A stretch of 64,000 nucleotides of DNA, from the NCBI GenBank assembly GCA_964511345.1, contig CAZEEV010000004.1, forward strand, positions 19,802 through 83,801, in the 5' to 3' direction. Shown here in pieces: positions 50,398 to 58,530 of this stretch. Position 1 is the first letter of the stretch. Each line of letters begins with the position of its first letter. The position numbers and the translations under genes are program-made. This stretch comes from an uncultured Pseudomonadales bacterium (GTDB lineage Bacteria; Patescibacteriota; Microgenomatia; UBA1400; PJMF01). The notes beneath the pieces are model-generated. The model worked only from the letters and a program-made list of their open reading frames with translations, had not been told where the DNA came from and searched no databases.

Positions 50398-51269
50398 AAA
50401 TAAGAAAAGCACTTATCACTTGTGCTGGCTTTGGGACTCGTTTTTTGCCTATTAGCAAAACCATTCAGAAGGAAATGCTACCTGTTTTAGATAGACCGAT
50501 CATTGATTATGTGGTGGAAGATTGTGTGAGAGCGGGTATTGAAGAAATAATTTTTGTAGTGAGCGAGTACAACCGCCAATTAGCGCACTTTTATAGTGAA
50601 AATCAGCGCATTCACAACTATTTAGTAGCAAATCAAAAACTAGATTTATATGAAAAAATTGCCAATTTACATACCAGGGCCAATTATCATTTCGTAAGAC
50701 AAAAAGATAGTGATCCTTATGGTACGGCTGTGCCAGTTATTTTAGCTAAAGATTATCTTAAAGATGAAGAAGCCTTTTTAGTTTTAATGGGTGATGATTT
50801 TATTTATCAACCTGGAGAAAGAAGCGAAATATCAATGATGGTTGAAGCCTTTGAAAAATCTCAAGCTAAAGGTTTAATTACCTGTATTGAAAGACCGACT
50901 GAGCTATTGCACAAATATGGAGTAATCAAAAGCAAAGTAGACGGTAACTTTAAATTTATGGAAGAAATTATAGAAAAACCAGCATTGGGTGAGGCACCGT
51001 CTAATTTAGCAAATATTAGTAAATATATCGTTGGTCCAGAAATTTGGCCGATTCTGGAGGGACAAAAAGCAGATCCTAAGTCTGGAGAATTTTATATAAC
51101 TGATACCATTCAAACTTTAGCCAAATCAGAAAAAGTGCTAGTTTATACCCCTCAAGGTGAATACTTTGATGGTGGCTATTTACTTGGTTGGTTGCTCGCT
51201 AATTTAAGAATTGCCAAAGATCAGCCAGAACTTTGGTCAGAGATAAAAAACTTTGTAAATCAAGCTTGA
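50394..51269 (+). CDS. galU: UTP--glucose-1-phosphate uridylyltransferase
   Basis: KALITCAGFGTRFLPISK nucleotidyltransferase motif. 4-nt overlap with the upstream gene. Confidence 0.8.
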   Translation: MKIRKALITCAGFGTRFLPISKTIQKEMLPVLDRPIIDYVVEDCVRAGIEEIIFVVSEYNRQLAHFYSENQRIHNYLVANQKLDLYEKIANLHTRANYHFVRQKDSDPYGTAVPVILAKDYLKDEEAFLVLMGDDFIYQPGERSEISMMVEAFEKSQAKGLITCIERPTELLHKYGVIKSKVDGNFKFMEEIIEKPALGEAPSNLANISKYIVGPEIWPILEGQKADPKSGEFYITDTIQTLAKSEKVLVYTPQGEYFDGGYLLGWLLANLRIAKDQPELWSEIKNFVNQA

Positions 51270-51332
51270 TTTAAATAAACATATAGATTACTATCTATAT
51301 GTAATTAACATTAATCAGTAAAGGATTTACTT

Positions 51333-51962
51333 ATGCATCAGTTAGCCAATTTACCCTATGCTTATGAAGCTTTAGAGCCATATTTTGATCAAGCAACTAT
51401 GAAGCTTCATCATGACAAACATCATCAAGCTTATTTAGACAAATTCAATGCGGCTTTAGCTGATTATCCACAGTTAGCAGCTATGCCAGCAGAAGATTTG
51501 CTTTGGCAGTTTGCAGATTTAGCTAAACAAAATGTACCAGCAGATATTCAAACTGCACTTAAAAATCATGGCGGCGGCTACGTACACCACAATATTTTGT
51601 GGGAAACTTTGTCGCCCAGCGGACCGAGAGAGGCAGTTGGCGAACTAGCCGCCGCCATCTCTTCACAATTTACTTCTTTTGCTGCATTTAGACAGCAATT
51701 CACAGATTTAGCTTCAAAGCATTTTGGAGCTGGTTGGGCGTGGTTGGTTTTAGACGAAAATAAACAATTAGCCATGTATTCATTACCCAATCAAGACTCA
51801 CCGCTACTTAAGCAACATTACCCGCTGATGGGGATTGATGTTTGGGAACATGCTTATTATTTGAAATACCAAAACCGTCGTCCAGAATATTTGAAAGCAG
51901 TTTGGCAAGTTCTCGATTGGCAAAAAATTGCAGAGCGCTATCAGCTGGCTTTGAATAAATAA
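51333..51962 (+). CDS. sodA: Fe/Mn superoxide dismutase
   Basis: LPYAYEALEPY...HHDKHHQAYL...DVWEHAYY. Confidence 0.9.
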   Translation: MHQLANLPYAYEALEPYFDQATMKLHHDKHHQAYLDKFNAALADYPQLAAMPAEDLLWQFADLAKQNVPADIQTALKNHGGGYVHHNILWETLSPSGPREAVGELAAAISSQFTSFAAFRQQFTDLASKHFGAGWAWLVLDENKQLAMYSLPNQDSPLLKQHYPLMGIDVWEHAYYLKYQNRRPEYLKAVWQVLDWQKIAERYQLALNK

Positions 51963-52007
51963 TTTTAAAGAAATCATAGACTTTGCTGATAAATTGTTTT
52001 AGTATGT

Positions 52008-52598
52008 TTGTTTATGCTCGAAGTTATTCTCGACGTTGAAACCAAGCAGATTTTTGATGATGTTGGTGGTTATTTTCCTGAGAAGTTGGGGATTTCTTTT
52101 GTGGGAGTTTGTGTGCGTAGCGATCGTTCTCAAAAAGGTGAGATGCAATCTTATTTTGAAAAGGATTTGCCCAAATTATTTCCTCTTTTAGAAAGAGCGG
52201 ATGTAGTAGTTGGTTTCAATATTGATGGCTTTGATATGCCGACTTTTATTCCTTATTATCAAGCGGATATTAGTCGCATTCCCACTTTGGACGTCATGGA
52301 TCGTATTAAAAAAAGCACTGGTCATCGCATTGGCCTCGATGCAGTAGCCAAAGAAACTTTAGGATCTGGTAAAAGTGGCGATGGTTTGGATGCGATTAAG
52401 TATTATAAATCCGGTAACTTCGAAGCCTTGGAAAAGTACTGTTTGCGTGACGTTGAAGTCACCAGGGATGTTTATGATTATGGTTTGAAAAATGGCAAAG
52501 TGAAATTTCGCAATAAATGGAATCGTTTAATTGAAGCACCAGTTGATTTTTCTTTTGTTAGCTCCAAAGCCAATGGCACACAAATGAGTCTGATATAA
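52008..52598 (+). CDS. RNase H-fold 3'-5' exonuclease, PolB-exonuclease-domain-like (YprB-like)
   Basis: ILDVET...GFNIDGFD ... YCLRDVEVT motif arrangement resembles the DEDDy exonuclease family related to PolB proofreading domains. Confidence 0.45.
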   Translation: MFMLEVILDVETKQIFDDVGGYFPEKLGISFVGVCVRSDRSQKGEMQSYFEKDLPKLFPLLERADVVVGFNIDGFDMPTFIPYYQADISRIPTLDVMDRIKKSTGHRIGLDAVAKETLGSGKSGDGLDAIKYYKSGNFEALEKYCLRDVEVTRDVYDYGLKNGKVKFRNKWNRLIEAPVDFSFVSSKANGTQMSLI

Positions 52599-52607
52599 TC
52601 CATTGGA

Positions 52608-53156
52608 ATGATTCCTAAAATTTGTTTAACAGCCTCAGCCCATTTGATTTATCAAGAAAAGATTCTTTTGATTAAGCATAAAAAGCTAAATAAATGGCTT
52701 AGTCCTGGTGGACATATCGACGAAAACGAACTTCCTCATTTTGCAGCAGAAAGAGAATTTTTAGAAGAAACTGGACTTAAAGTTAAAGTTTACAGCGCTT
52801 ATGAAAAGTTATCTGATTTTTCAAATGATCAGGATTCATTTCATCCATTGCCTTTTGCCATCAATGAACATTGGATTTGTAAAGAAAATTATGAAAGACG
52901 TTTATCTGCTCAAAAAAATGAAAAAAACTTTACTCCTCATAATTTGTGGCCAAAAGGTTGTGAAAAACACTTAAATTTTTGTTATCTAGTCAAGCTAGTT
53001 GGTCCTTTAGAAATTCAGCCACAAGAGGGTGAATCTAGGGAAATTTCTTGGTTTTCTTTAGTTGATTTAAAAGAAAAATATAAAAAAGAAATGTTGCAAG
53101 ACGTTTTTAAAGAATCAATTAAGGCTTTTGAACTTGCCAAGCTAAACCATTCTTGA
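52608..53156 (+). CDS. NUDIX hydrolase
   Basis: Nudix box SPGGHIDENELPHFAAEREFLEETGL. Confidence 0.75.
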   Translation: MIPKICLTASAHLIYQEKILLIKHKKLNKWLSPGGHIDENELPHFAAEREFLEETGLKVKVYSAYEKLSDFSNDQDSFHPLPFAINEHWICKENYERRLSAQKNEKNFTPHNLWPKGCEKHLNFCYLVKLVGPLEIQPQEGESREISWFSLVDLKEKYKKEMLQDVFKESIKAFELAKLNHS

Positions 53157-53168
53157 GAGAATAAAATT

Positions 53169-53678
53169 ATGTTTATCAAAAATCAATTAACCGAAAATGT
53201 GAAACTTTTACAAAAAGCAGCCATTTTGCGCGAAGGAGAATTTGGTGCAGAAGTTTTGCTTTTAAAACGTAGCGCAAATTCTTTTTCTAGACCTTCTTGT
53301 TGGGATTTACCTGGAGGAAATAGTGAATGGCCAGATCAAAATCAAGCATCTTCCGCTAATCTTCATTTAGGAGACATTAAAAGAGAGATTTTTGAAGAAA
53401 CTTCCTTAGTAATAGATACAAATACTTTAAATTTAAATAAATTGGCGCATTTCTCTACATATTTTGATCAAGAGAAACAAATCTTTTCCATTATTTGTGG
53501 TTGGTTAATTAATTATGATGCAACCAATCAAAATGAGATTAAAATTTCTGATGAGCATCAGGAACAAGCTTGGGTTAAAGAAGCTGATCTAGTTAATTAT
53601 GATTTCGGTGGTGTTAAAGGTACTTTTGTTTTAGACATCATTAAGCAAGCTTTCATAAAATTTAAAAATTATTCATGA
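53169..53678 (+). CDS. NUDIX hydrolase (divergent)
   Basis: LPGGNSEW...GDIKREIFEETSL, a degenerate Nudix box. Confidence 0.55.
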   Translation: MFIKNQLTENVKLLQKAAILREGEFGAEVLLLKRSANSFSRPSCWDLPGGNSEWPDQNQASSANLHLGDIKREIFEETSLVIDTNTLNLNKLAHFSTYFDQEKQIFSIICGWLINYDATNQNEIKISDEHQEQAWVKEADLVNYDFGGVKGTFVLDIIKQAFIKFKNYS

Positions 53679-54265
53679 AATTTTTAGTTGCTTCCAAAAA
53701 TCCTGTCAAAATTAATGCCGTCGCCCATGCTATTAAGGATTTTTTTCCAAACTCCGCAGTTAAAGGTTTAGAAGTAAACAGCGGTGTATCTGCTCAACCA
53801 ATGAGCGATGAGGAAACTAAACAAGGCGCTTTTAATCGTGCAGAAGCAATTCGTTCTTTTGCTTTGAAACAAAAATTAATTAATGCTAATGAGGACGTTT
53901 TATGTATAGGTTTAGAGGGGGGAGTTTTTCAACCTTCTTTTGCGCAGAATGATCAAGAGCTTTGGTCAACTGTTTGGGCAGTTGCCATCGATAAAAACAA
54001 TCAAAGCTATTTTAGTAATGGAGCACGTTTTCCCTTGCCAGAGTTTCTAACTAAGTTGTTATTATCTGGTGAAGAAATGGGTCCTGTTTTGGGTAAACAT
54101 TTAAATGATCCTGATTTACGTAAAAAAGCAGGTATGATCGGTTTTTTAACTAATAATTTTACCAATCGTACTGATGAATATGAAAACATTGCCAAGGTCG
54201 CCATCGGTCTCTGGTATAAAGTTTATAAAGAAAATATTGGTCCAGACTGTGACTTGACAAAGTAA
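53675..54265 (+). CDS. Inosine/xanthosine triphosphatase (YjjX family non-canonical NTP pyrophosphatase)
   Basis: MKFLVASKNPVKINAV ... VNSGVSAQPMSDEETKQGAFNRA aligns with E. coli YjjX. Overlaps the upstream gene by 4 nt. Confidence 0.65.
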   Translation: MKFLVASKNPVKINAVAHAIKDFFPNSAVKGLEVNSGVSAQPMSDEETKQGAFNRAEAIRSFALKQKLINANEDVLCIGLEGGVFQPSFAQNDQELWSTVWAVAIDKNNQSYFSNGARFPLPEFLTKLLLSGEEMGPVLGKHLNDPDLRKKAGMIGFLTNNFTNRTDEYENIAKVAIGLWYKVYKENIGPDCDLTK

Positions 54266-54301
54266 AACTTTCTCGGCAAAATGGGATCATAGTATTACTT
54301 A

Positions 54302-54823
54302 TTGCAAGGAAATATGTCAAAAAAACTGCAAAGTCTTCTCCCTTATCTTTTTCCACTTATTGCCGTCATTTTGGTAGTAGTGATGTTCGCTCGCTGGTAT
54401 AAAGGTAAAACCGCTGATGCTCCAGTTAGTTTACTAGATTCACAATTAGAGGTAGAAAGCCTACCAGCTCAAATGCAAGATAGCATTATCAAAGGAGCTA
54501 CTGATTATAAAATGCTAAATATGGTTGGTGTCGATCAAGCTGTTGGAGAATTGCGTTACCAAATTAAAGATGACAAATTAAGTTTTACTGTGACTGCTAA
54601 TTTACCAAATGCCAAAGAAGATTATGCTGTTTGGTTATCAAATATGGATGGAGCAGCTAAAAAGAGAGTTTTTAACCTGAAATATTCTAAGGCTGGTTAT
54701 GTAGGCAGTGCTATGGTTTCTGATGATATTTTGCCAGTAAAAGTTTTGGTGAGTAAGGCCTCTGATTTAATGTTGGAAGACATTTTGTTGCAGGCAGAAA
54801 TTCTTGTGCCAGAGACAAATTAA
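54302..54823 (+). CDS. N-terminally anchored or secreted hypothetical protein (173 aa)
   Basis: A single N-terminal hydrophobic helix, then a soluble domain. Confidence 0.4.
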   Translation: MQGNMSKKLQSLLPYLFPLIAVILVVVMFARWYKGKTADAPVSLLDSQLEVESLPAQMQDSIIKGATDYKMLNMVGVDQAVGELRYQIKDDKLSFTVTANLPNAKEDYAVWLSNMDGAAKKRVFNLKYSKAGYVGSAMVSDDILPVKVLVSKASDLMLEDILLQAEILVPETN

Positions 54824-54981
54824 AGTAAGTTTTTGACTTGTTTTGATGTACATTGATATATAAAACTTGAAATTGCTTCTTGATTAGCTAGTCAAGTGTG
54901 CTAATCTAAAAGCAGACTTAAATAATAAGTCTATTAATAAAAATTATTCTCTATGATTCATAGAGAAAGAAGGGTTACCAT

Positions 54982-55185
54982 ATGGCTAGTGCCTATAGTT
55001 ACACAAACTCCAAAGGTCAGACCTATTACCTTCACACCAGAGACGTCACCTTGAAGAATGGTAGAGTTCAAACCATCTACTTCTTCGCTCGCGATGTCCG
55101 TGATGGTTCTTTAAGTGCTGTACCAGCTGCTTACCAAGTAGTTGAAACCAGCAGAACTGGCATGCCAGTTTTGAAGAAGAAGTAA
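54982..55185 (+). CDS. Small conserved-looking hypothetical protein (67 aa)
   Basis: Strong RBS (gaaagaagggttaccatATG) and a strong intrinsic terminator immediately downstream. The sequence is beta-rich and non-repetitive. Confidence 0.45.
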   Translation: MASAYSYTNSKGQTYYLHTRDVTLKNGRVQTIYFFARDVRDGSLSAVPAAYQVVETSRTGMPVLKKK

Positions 55186-55211
55186 TCTCTTTTACTTTTT
55201 TGTGAAAAAAT

Positions 55212-55238
55212 AGCCCCGCTTAAACGCGGGGCTTTTTA
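55212..55238 (+). terminator. Rho-independent terminator
   Basis: agccccgc-ttaaac-gcggggct followed by ttttt. Confidence 0.7.
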
Positions 55239-55263
55239 TTGCCTATAATGTTATATTAAAGCT

Positions 55264-55725
55264 ATGAAAATTTATTTAGGCAGTGATCATGGAGGTTTTG
55301 AACTCAAAGAAAAATTTAAGGAATATATTGGTCGCAATGATCAAACTTTAGAGATAGAAGATTGCGGTGCTTTTATCAATGATCCTGCAGATGATTATCC
55401 ACCAATTGCTTTTCGTGTTGCAGAAAAAGTTGTAGCTGATTTAGCTACTGATAGCTTGGGAGTTTTACTGTGTCGTTCTGGTTCCGGCGTAGTGATTGCA
55501 GCTAATAAGGTTAAAGGTGTCAGAGCGGTGGAACTTTATAATGAAAAAATTGCTGCTCATGCTAAGAGCCATAATCATGCTAATATGATTGCTTTTAGTG
55601 GCGATCAATTATCTCTTACAGAAATGATCAATTTGTTTGAGATTTTTATCAAAACCCCTCAAGATTCAAATGATAGACATGAACGTAGAATTAGGCAAAT
55701 TATAAATTACGAAAATCAAAAATAA
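55264..55725 (+). CDS. rpiB: Ribose-5-phosphate isomerase B
   Basis: MKIYLGSDHGGFELKE N-terminus of the RpiB/LacAB family. Confidence 0.8.
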   Translation: MKIYLGSDHGGFELKEKFKEYIGRNDQTLEIEDCGAFINDPADDYPPIAFRVAEKVVADLATDSLGVLLCRSGSGVVIAANKVKGVRAVELYNEKIAAHAKSHNHANMIAFSGDQLSLTEMINLFEIFIKTPQDSNDRHERRIRQIINYENQK

Positions 55726-55740
55726 TCTAAAAAAGGAACA

Positions 55741-56409
55741 ATGAACTTAGACGTTAGCGCCAATGTTTTGACTGGCAATTTAGAACTAGCCAAAAAACAA
55801 ATTGAATTGGCTAAGAGCACAAATTTATTAGAGGCGATTCAAATCGATATTGTTGATGGAGTTTTTGCAGATAATCATACTTTTACTCCTCAAGATTTGG
55901 TGGATATAGATTTTGGCGATTTGCAAATTGATTTTCATTTAATGACCGAGGAACCAATGGATTATGTATGGGAGCTTGAGGAATACTGTCGTCATTTGCC
56001 AATTAGGGCAGTTTTCGGACAGATTGAAAAAATGACTTACCAAGAAGCTTTTTTGGAAGAAGTGAAAAAACAAGAATGGCGAGCTGGCTTGGCTTTGAAT
56101 TTGTTTACCCCCATTGAATCAATTGATGAAAATAGTTGGGAATGGATGGATGTAGTACTACTTTTAGGAGTTGAAGCTGGTGCTTCTGGTCAACAACAGA
56201 GTCCATTTTTATTTGACAAAATTCATGCTGTTAGAGAAAAAATTCTCAAAGGTGAGCCAATGAAAATTTTTATTGATGGTGGAGTTAATCAGCAAAATAT
56301 TGAACAATTACAAAGAAGTGGAGTCGATGGCGTGACAGTTAATTCTGCCTTTAACAACGCCGTAAATTACAAACAAGCTGTGGAGGAATTCTTGTCTTAT
56401 GTCAAATAA
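55741..56409 (+). CDS. rpe: Ribulose-phosphate 3-epimerase-like TIM barrel
   Basis: IQIDIVDGVFADNHTF and IDFHLM motifs correspond to the MDG-F-x-N and DxHLM motifs of Rpe. Confidence 0.55.
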   Translation: MNLDVSANVLTGNLELAKKQIELAKSTNLLEAIQIDIVDGVFADNHTFTPQDLVDIDFGDLQIDFHLMTEEPMDYVWELEEYCRHLPIRAVFGQIEKMTYQEAFLEEVKKQEWRAGLALNLFTPIESIDENSWEWMDVVLLLGVEAGASGQQQSPFLFDKIHAVREKILKGEPMKIFIDGGVNQQNIEQLQRSGVDGVTVNSAFNNAVNYKQAVEEFLSYVK

Positions 56410-57019
56410 AAAAGTTTCTATTCCTAAAGCTAACCATTTTTATAGAATCAATAAAATTGCTTTTTATGGTAGTGCTGATTTAAGTGAGACTGACCCAATT
56501 TATGAAGCTGCCTATGAGGCTGCTAAATATGTAGCCAAAAAAGGCAAAACAGTCATTAATGGTGGCGGTCCGGGAGTCATGGAGGCTGCGACCAAAGGTG
56601 CCAAAGCTGGTAAAGGCAAAACTCTAGTAGTGACTTTTTATCCAGAAAACTTGCCAGAATTTGAAGGTCGAGCTGAACAAAATGTCGCAGATAAAGAGAT
56701 TAAAACAGCTAATTATATCGAAAGAATGTTTAGTTTAATGGACAATGCAGATTTGTTTGTTTGTTTCAAAGGCGGAACTGGAACTCTCAGTGAATGGGCG
56801 ACTGCTTGGTTATTGGCTCATCTTTATTATGGCAACCACAAGCCATTAATTTTGTATGGTGATTTTTGGCATGAATTTATGGATGTGGTGCACAAACATT
56901 TTTTAATTGGTTATAAAGAAGCTCAGGTTTATCGCATCGTAAATAGTTTAGAAGAATTTAAAATAGCTTTGCGTATTTTTGAAGAGGAAATGTCAGCTCG
57001 TCGCTTGAAATTGACTTAA
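56399..57019 (+). CDS. LOG-family (TIGR00730) Rossmann-fold nucleotide-binding protein / putative nucleotide 5'-monophosphate nucleosidase
   Basis: GGGPGVMEA and KGGTGTLSE motifs. Confidence 0.7.
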   Translation: MSNKKVSIPKANHFYRINKIAFYGSADLSETDPIYEAAYEAAKYVAKKGKTVINGGGPGVMEAATKGAKAGKGKTLVVTFYPENLPEFEGRAEQNVADKEIKTANYIERMFSLMDNADLFVCFKGGTGTLSEWATAWLLAHLYYGNHKPLILYGDFWHEFMDVVHKHFLIGYKEAQVYRIVNSLEEFKIALRIFEEEMSARRLKLT

Positions 57020-57036
57020 CTTTTAAGTTAAGATGA

Positions 57037-57993
57037 ATGAAAGAAAGTCTGCCCATTATGTTTGATATTATTTCTATCGGCTCTTCACTTTTGGATATTT
57101 TTATCAGATCCGATGATTTGGAAGCTGATCGTGATGGTGATCGTCAAATTTTGACTTATGGCGATAAATTAGAGTTATCTGATTTTCAAATTGTCACTGG
57201 TGGTGGTGCTAGTAACACTGCCGTAGCCTTTGCTCGCTTGGGTTTACATGCGGCTGTTATTTCAGAAACTGGTCGCGATGCTTTTGCTAGTTTGATCACA
57301 GATGATTTTCAAAAAGAAGGTGTTGCCACTAATTTATTGATTCAAGAAAAATTGGAAAAAACTGGAGGTTCTGTGGCCTTGGTGGCTAAAAATGCCGAGC
57401 GAGTTATCATGGTACATCGCGGGGCTGCTTCCATGTTGGATCCATTTGATATTCCGGCTTTTTGGTTAGTGAAAAGTAAATGGATACACCTATCTAGTAT
57501 TGGTGGTAATGTGGAAACTTTGGCTAAAATTTTTAAAATTTTAAACAACAATCAAACCACCAAAATGTCTTGGAATCCTGGCAAAAAAGAGCTGCAGTTG
57601 TTACTCGAAGAAAATTTTGAAATAGCTAAAATTCCTTGTGAAATCTTTTTCGTTAATCAGGAAGAATGGGCAATGATTGAACCTTTGCATGAAGAAATTC
57701 TTCTTAACTTTCCTCAAGTAGTAATTACTAAGGGCAAAGCAGGCGGAGAAGTGCATACTTTTGGTAAAAAAACTTTTGAATTTGTGGGTGAAGCTGAATC
57801 GTTTACAGATAGCACTGGAGCTGGTGATGCTTTTGCAGCTGCTTATACAGCGGCTATTCTAGATGGTTGCGATGTTGCGACTGCTATCACCTGGGGTGTT
57901 AAGAATGCAGGTAATGTAGTAGCTTATTTTGGAGCAAAATTAGGTTTGTTGCGTAAAACCCAAATTTTAGAGTTAACAAAGACCAAAAATTAG
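57037..57993 (+). CDS. PfkB-family carbohydrate/nucleoside kinase (ribokinase-like)
   Basis: TGGGASNTAVAFARLG and DSTGAGDAFAAAY (the PfkB signatures). Confidence 0.75.
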   Translation: MKESLPIMFDIISIGSSLLDIFIRSDDLEADRDGDRQILTYGDKLELSDFQIVTGGGASNTAVAFARLGLHAAVISETGRDAFASLITDDFQKEGVATNLLIQEKLEKTGGSVALVAKNAERVIMVHRGAASMLDPFDIPAFWLVKSKWIHLSSIGGNVETLAKIFKILNNNQTTKMSWNPGKKELQLLLEENFEIAKIPCEIFFVNQEEWAMIEPLHEEILLNFPQVVITKGKAGGEVHTFGKKTFEFVGEAESFTDSTGAGDAFAAAYTAAILDGCDVATAITWGVKNAGNVVAYFGAKLGLLRKTQILELTKTKN

Positions 57994-58012
57994 TGTTTAA
58001 TAGATTAGCTAT

Positions 58013-58519
58013 ATGAAAAAACTATTTTTTCTTTTATCTTTTTTGTCGTTTGCCTTTTTATTTGCAGGTACAGCTCGCGCTTTGGAATTAACTAAAATGG
58101 GAACCACAGACCTAACTGGTAAAGGGATAGGTTCAACTGTGTCAGCTTATACTTACAATTTACGTTCTTTTAGTCTTTATGGTTTAGCGACAGCATCTAG
58201 CTCAGTAGCTATTAAGATTGATGACGTGACTTACAACGCTACGGCCAATGCAGCCGGTGAGTGGTCTACCTATTTATCTAATTTAACTTATGACGACCAC
58301 ACTGCCGTGATTAGCGCTCCAAGTCAGACGAGTTTAAATTTTACTTTGACTATTAGCTCTGCTTCGGCTACTACAGCCTCTACTCCAACTGTTACGCCTA
58401 CTTTAGCCACTACTACTAGCACTTTACCTAGTGCTGGCACTACAGAGAATACTTTTGTGATTTTTGCCCTGGCTTTGCTGTCCCTTGGACTGGGCGTGGC
58501 AATTAAATATAGAGATTAA
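58013..58519 (+). CDS. Secreted cell-surface protein with Ser/Thr-rich stalk and sortase-like C-terminal sorting signal (LPSAG + hydrophobic helix + KYRD)
   Basis: N-terminal signal peptide (LSFLSFAFLFAGTARA), T/S-rich linker, and a C-terminal LPSAGTTENTFVIFALALLSLGLGVAIKYRD. Confidence 0.5.
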   Translation: MKKLFFLLSFLSFAFLFAGTARALELTKMGTTDLTGKGIGSTVSAYTYNLRSFSLYGLATASSSVAIKIDDVTYNATANAAGEWSTYLSNLTYDDHTAVISAPSQTSLNFTLTISSASATTASTPTVTPTLATTTSTLPSAGTTENTFVIFALALLSLGLGVAIKYRD

Positions 58520-58530
58520 TTTTTATAACT

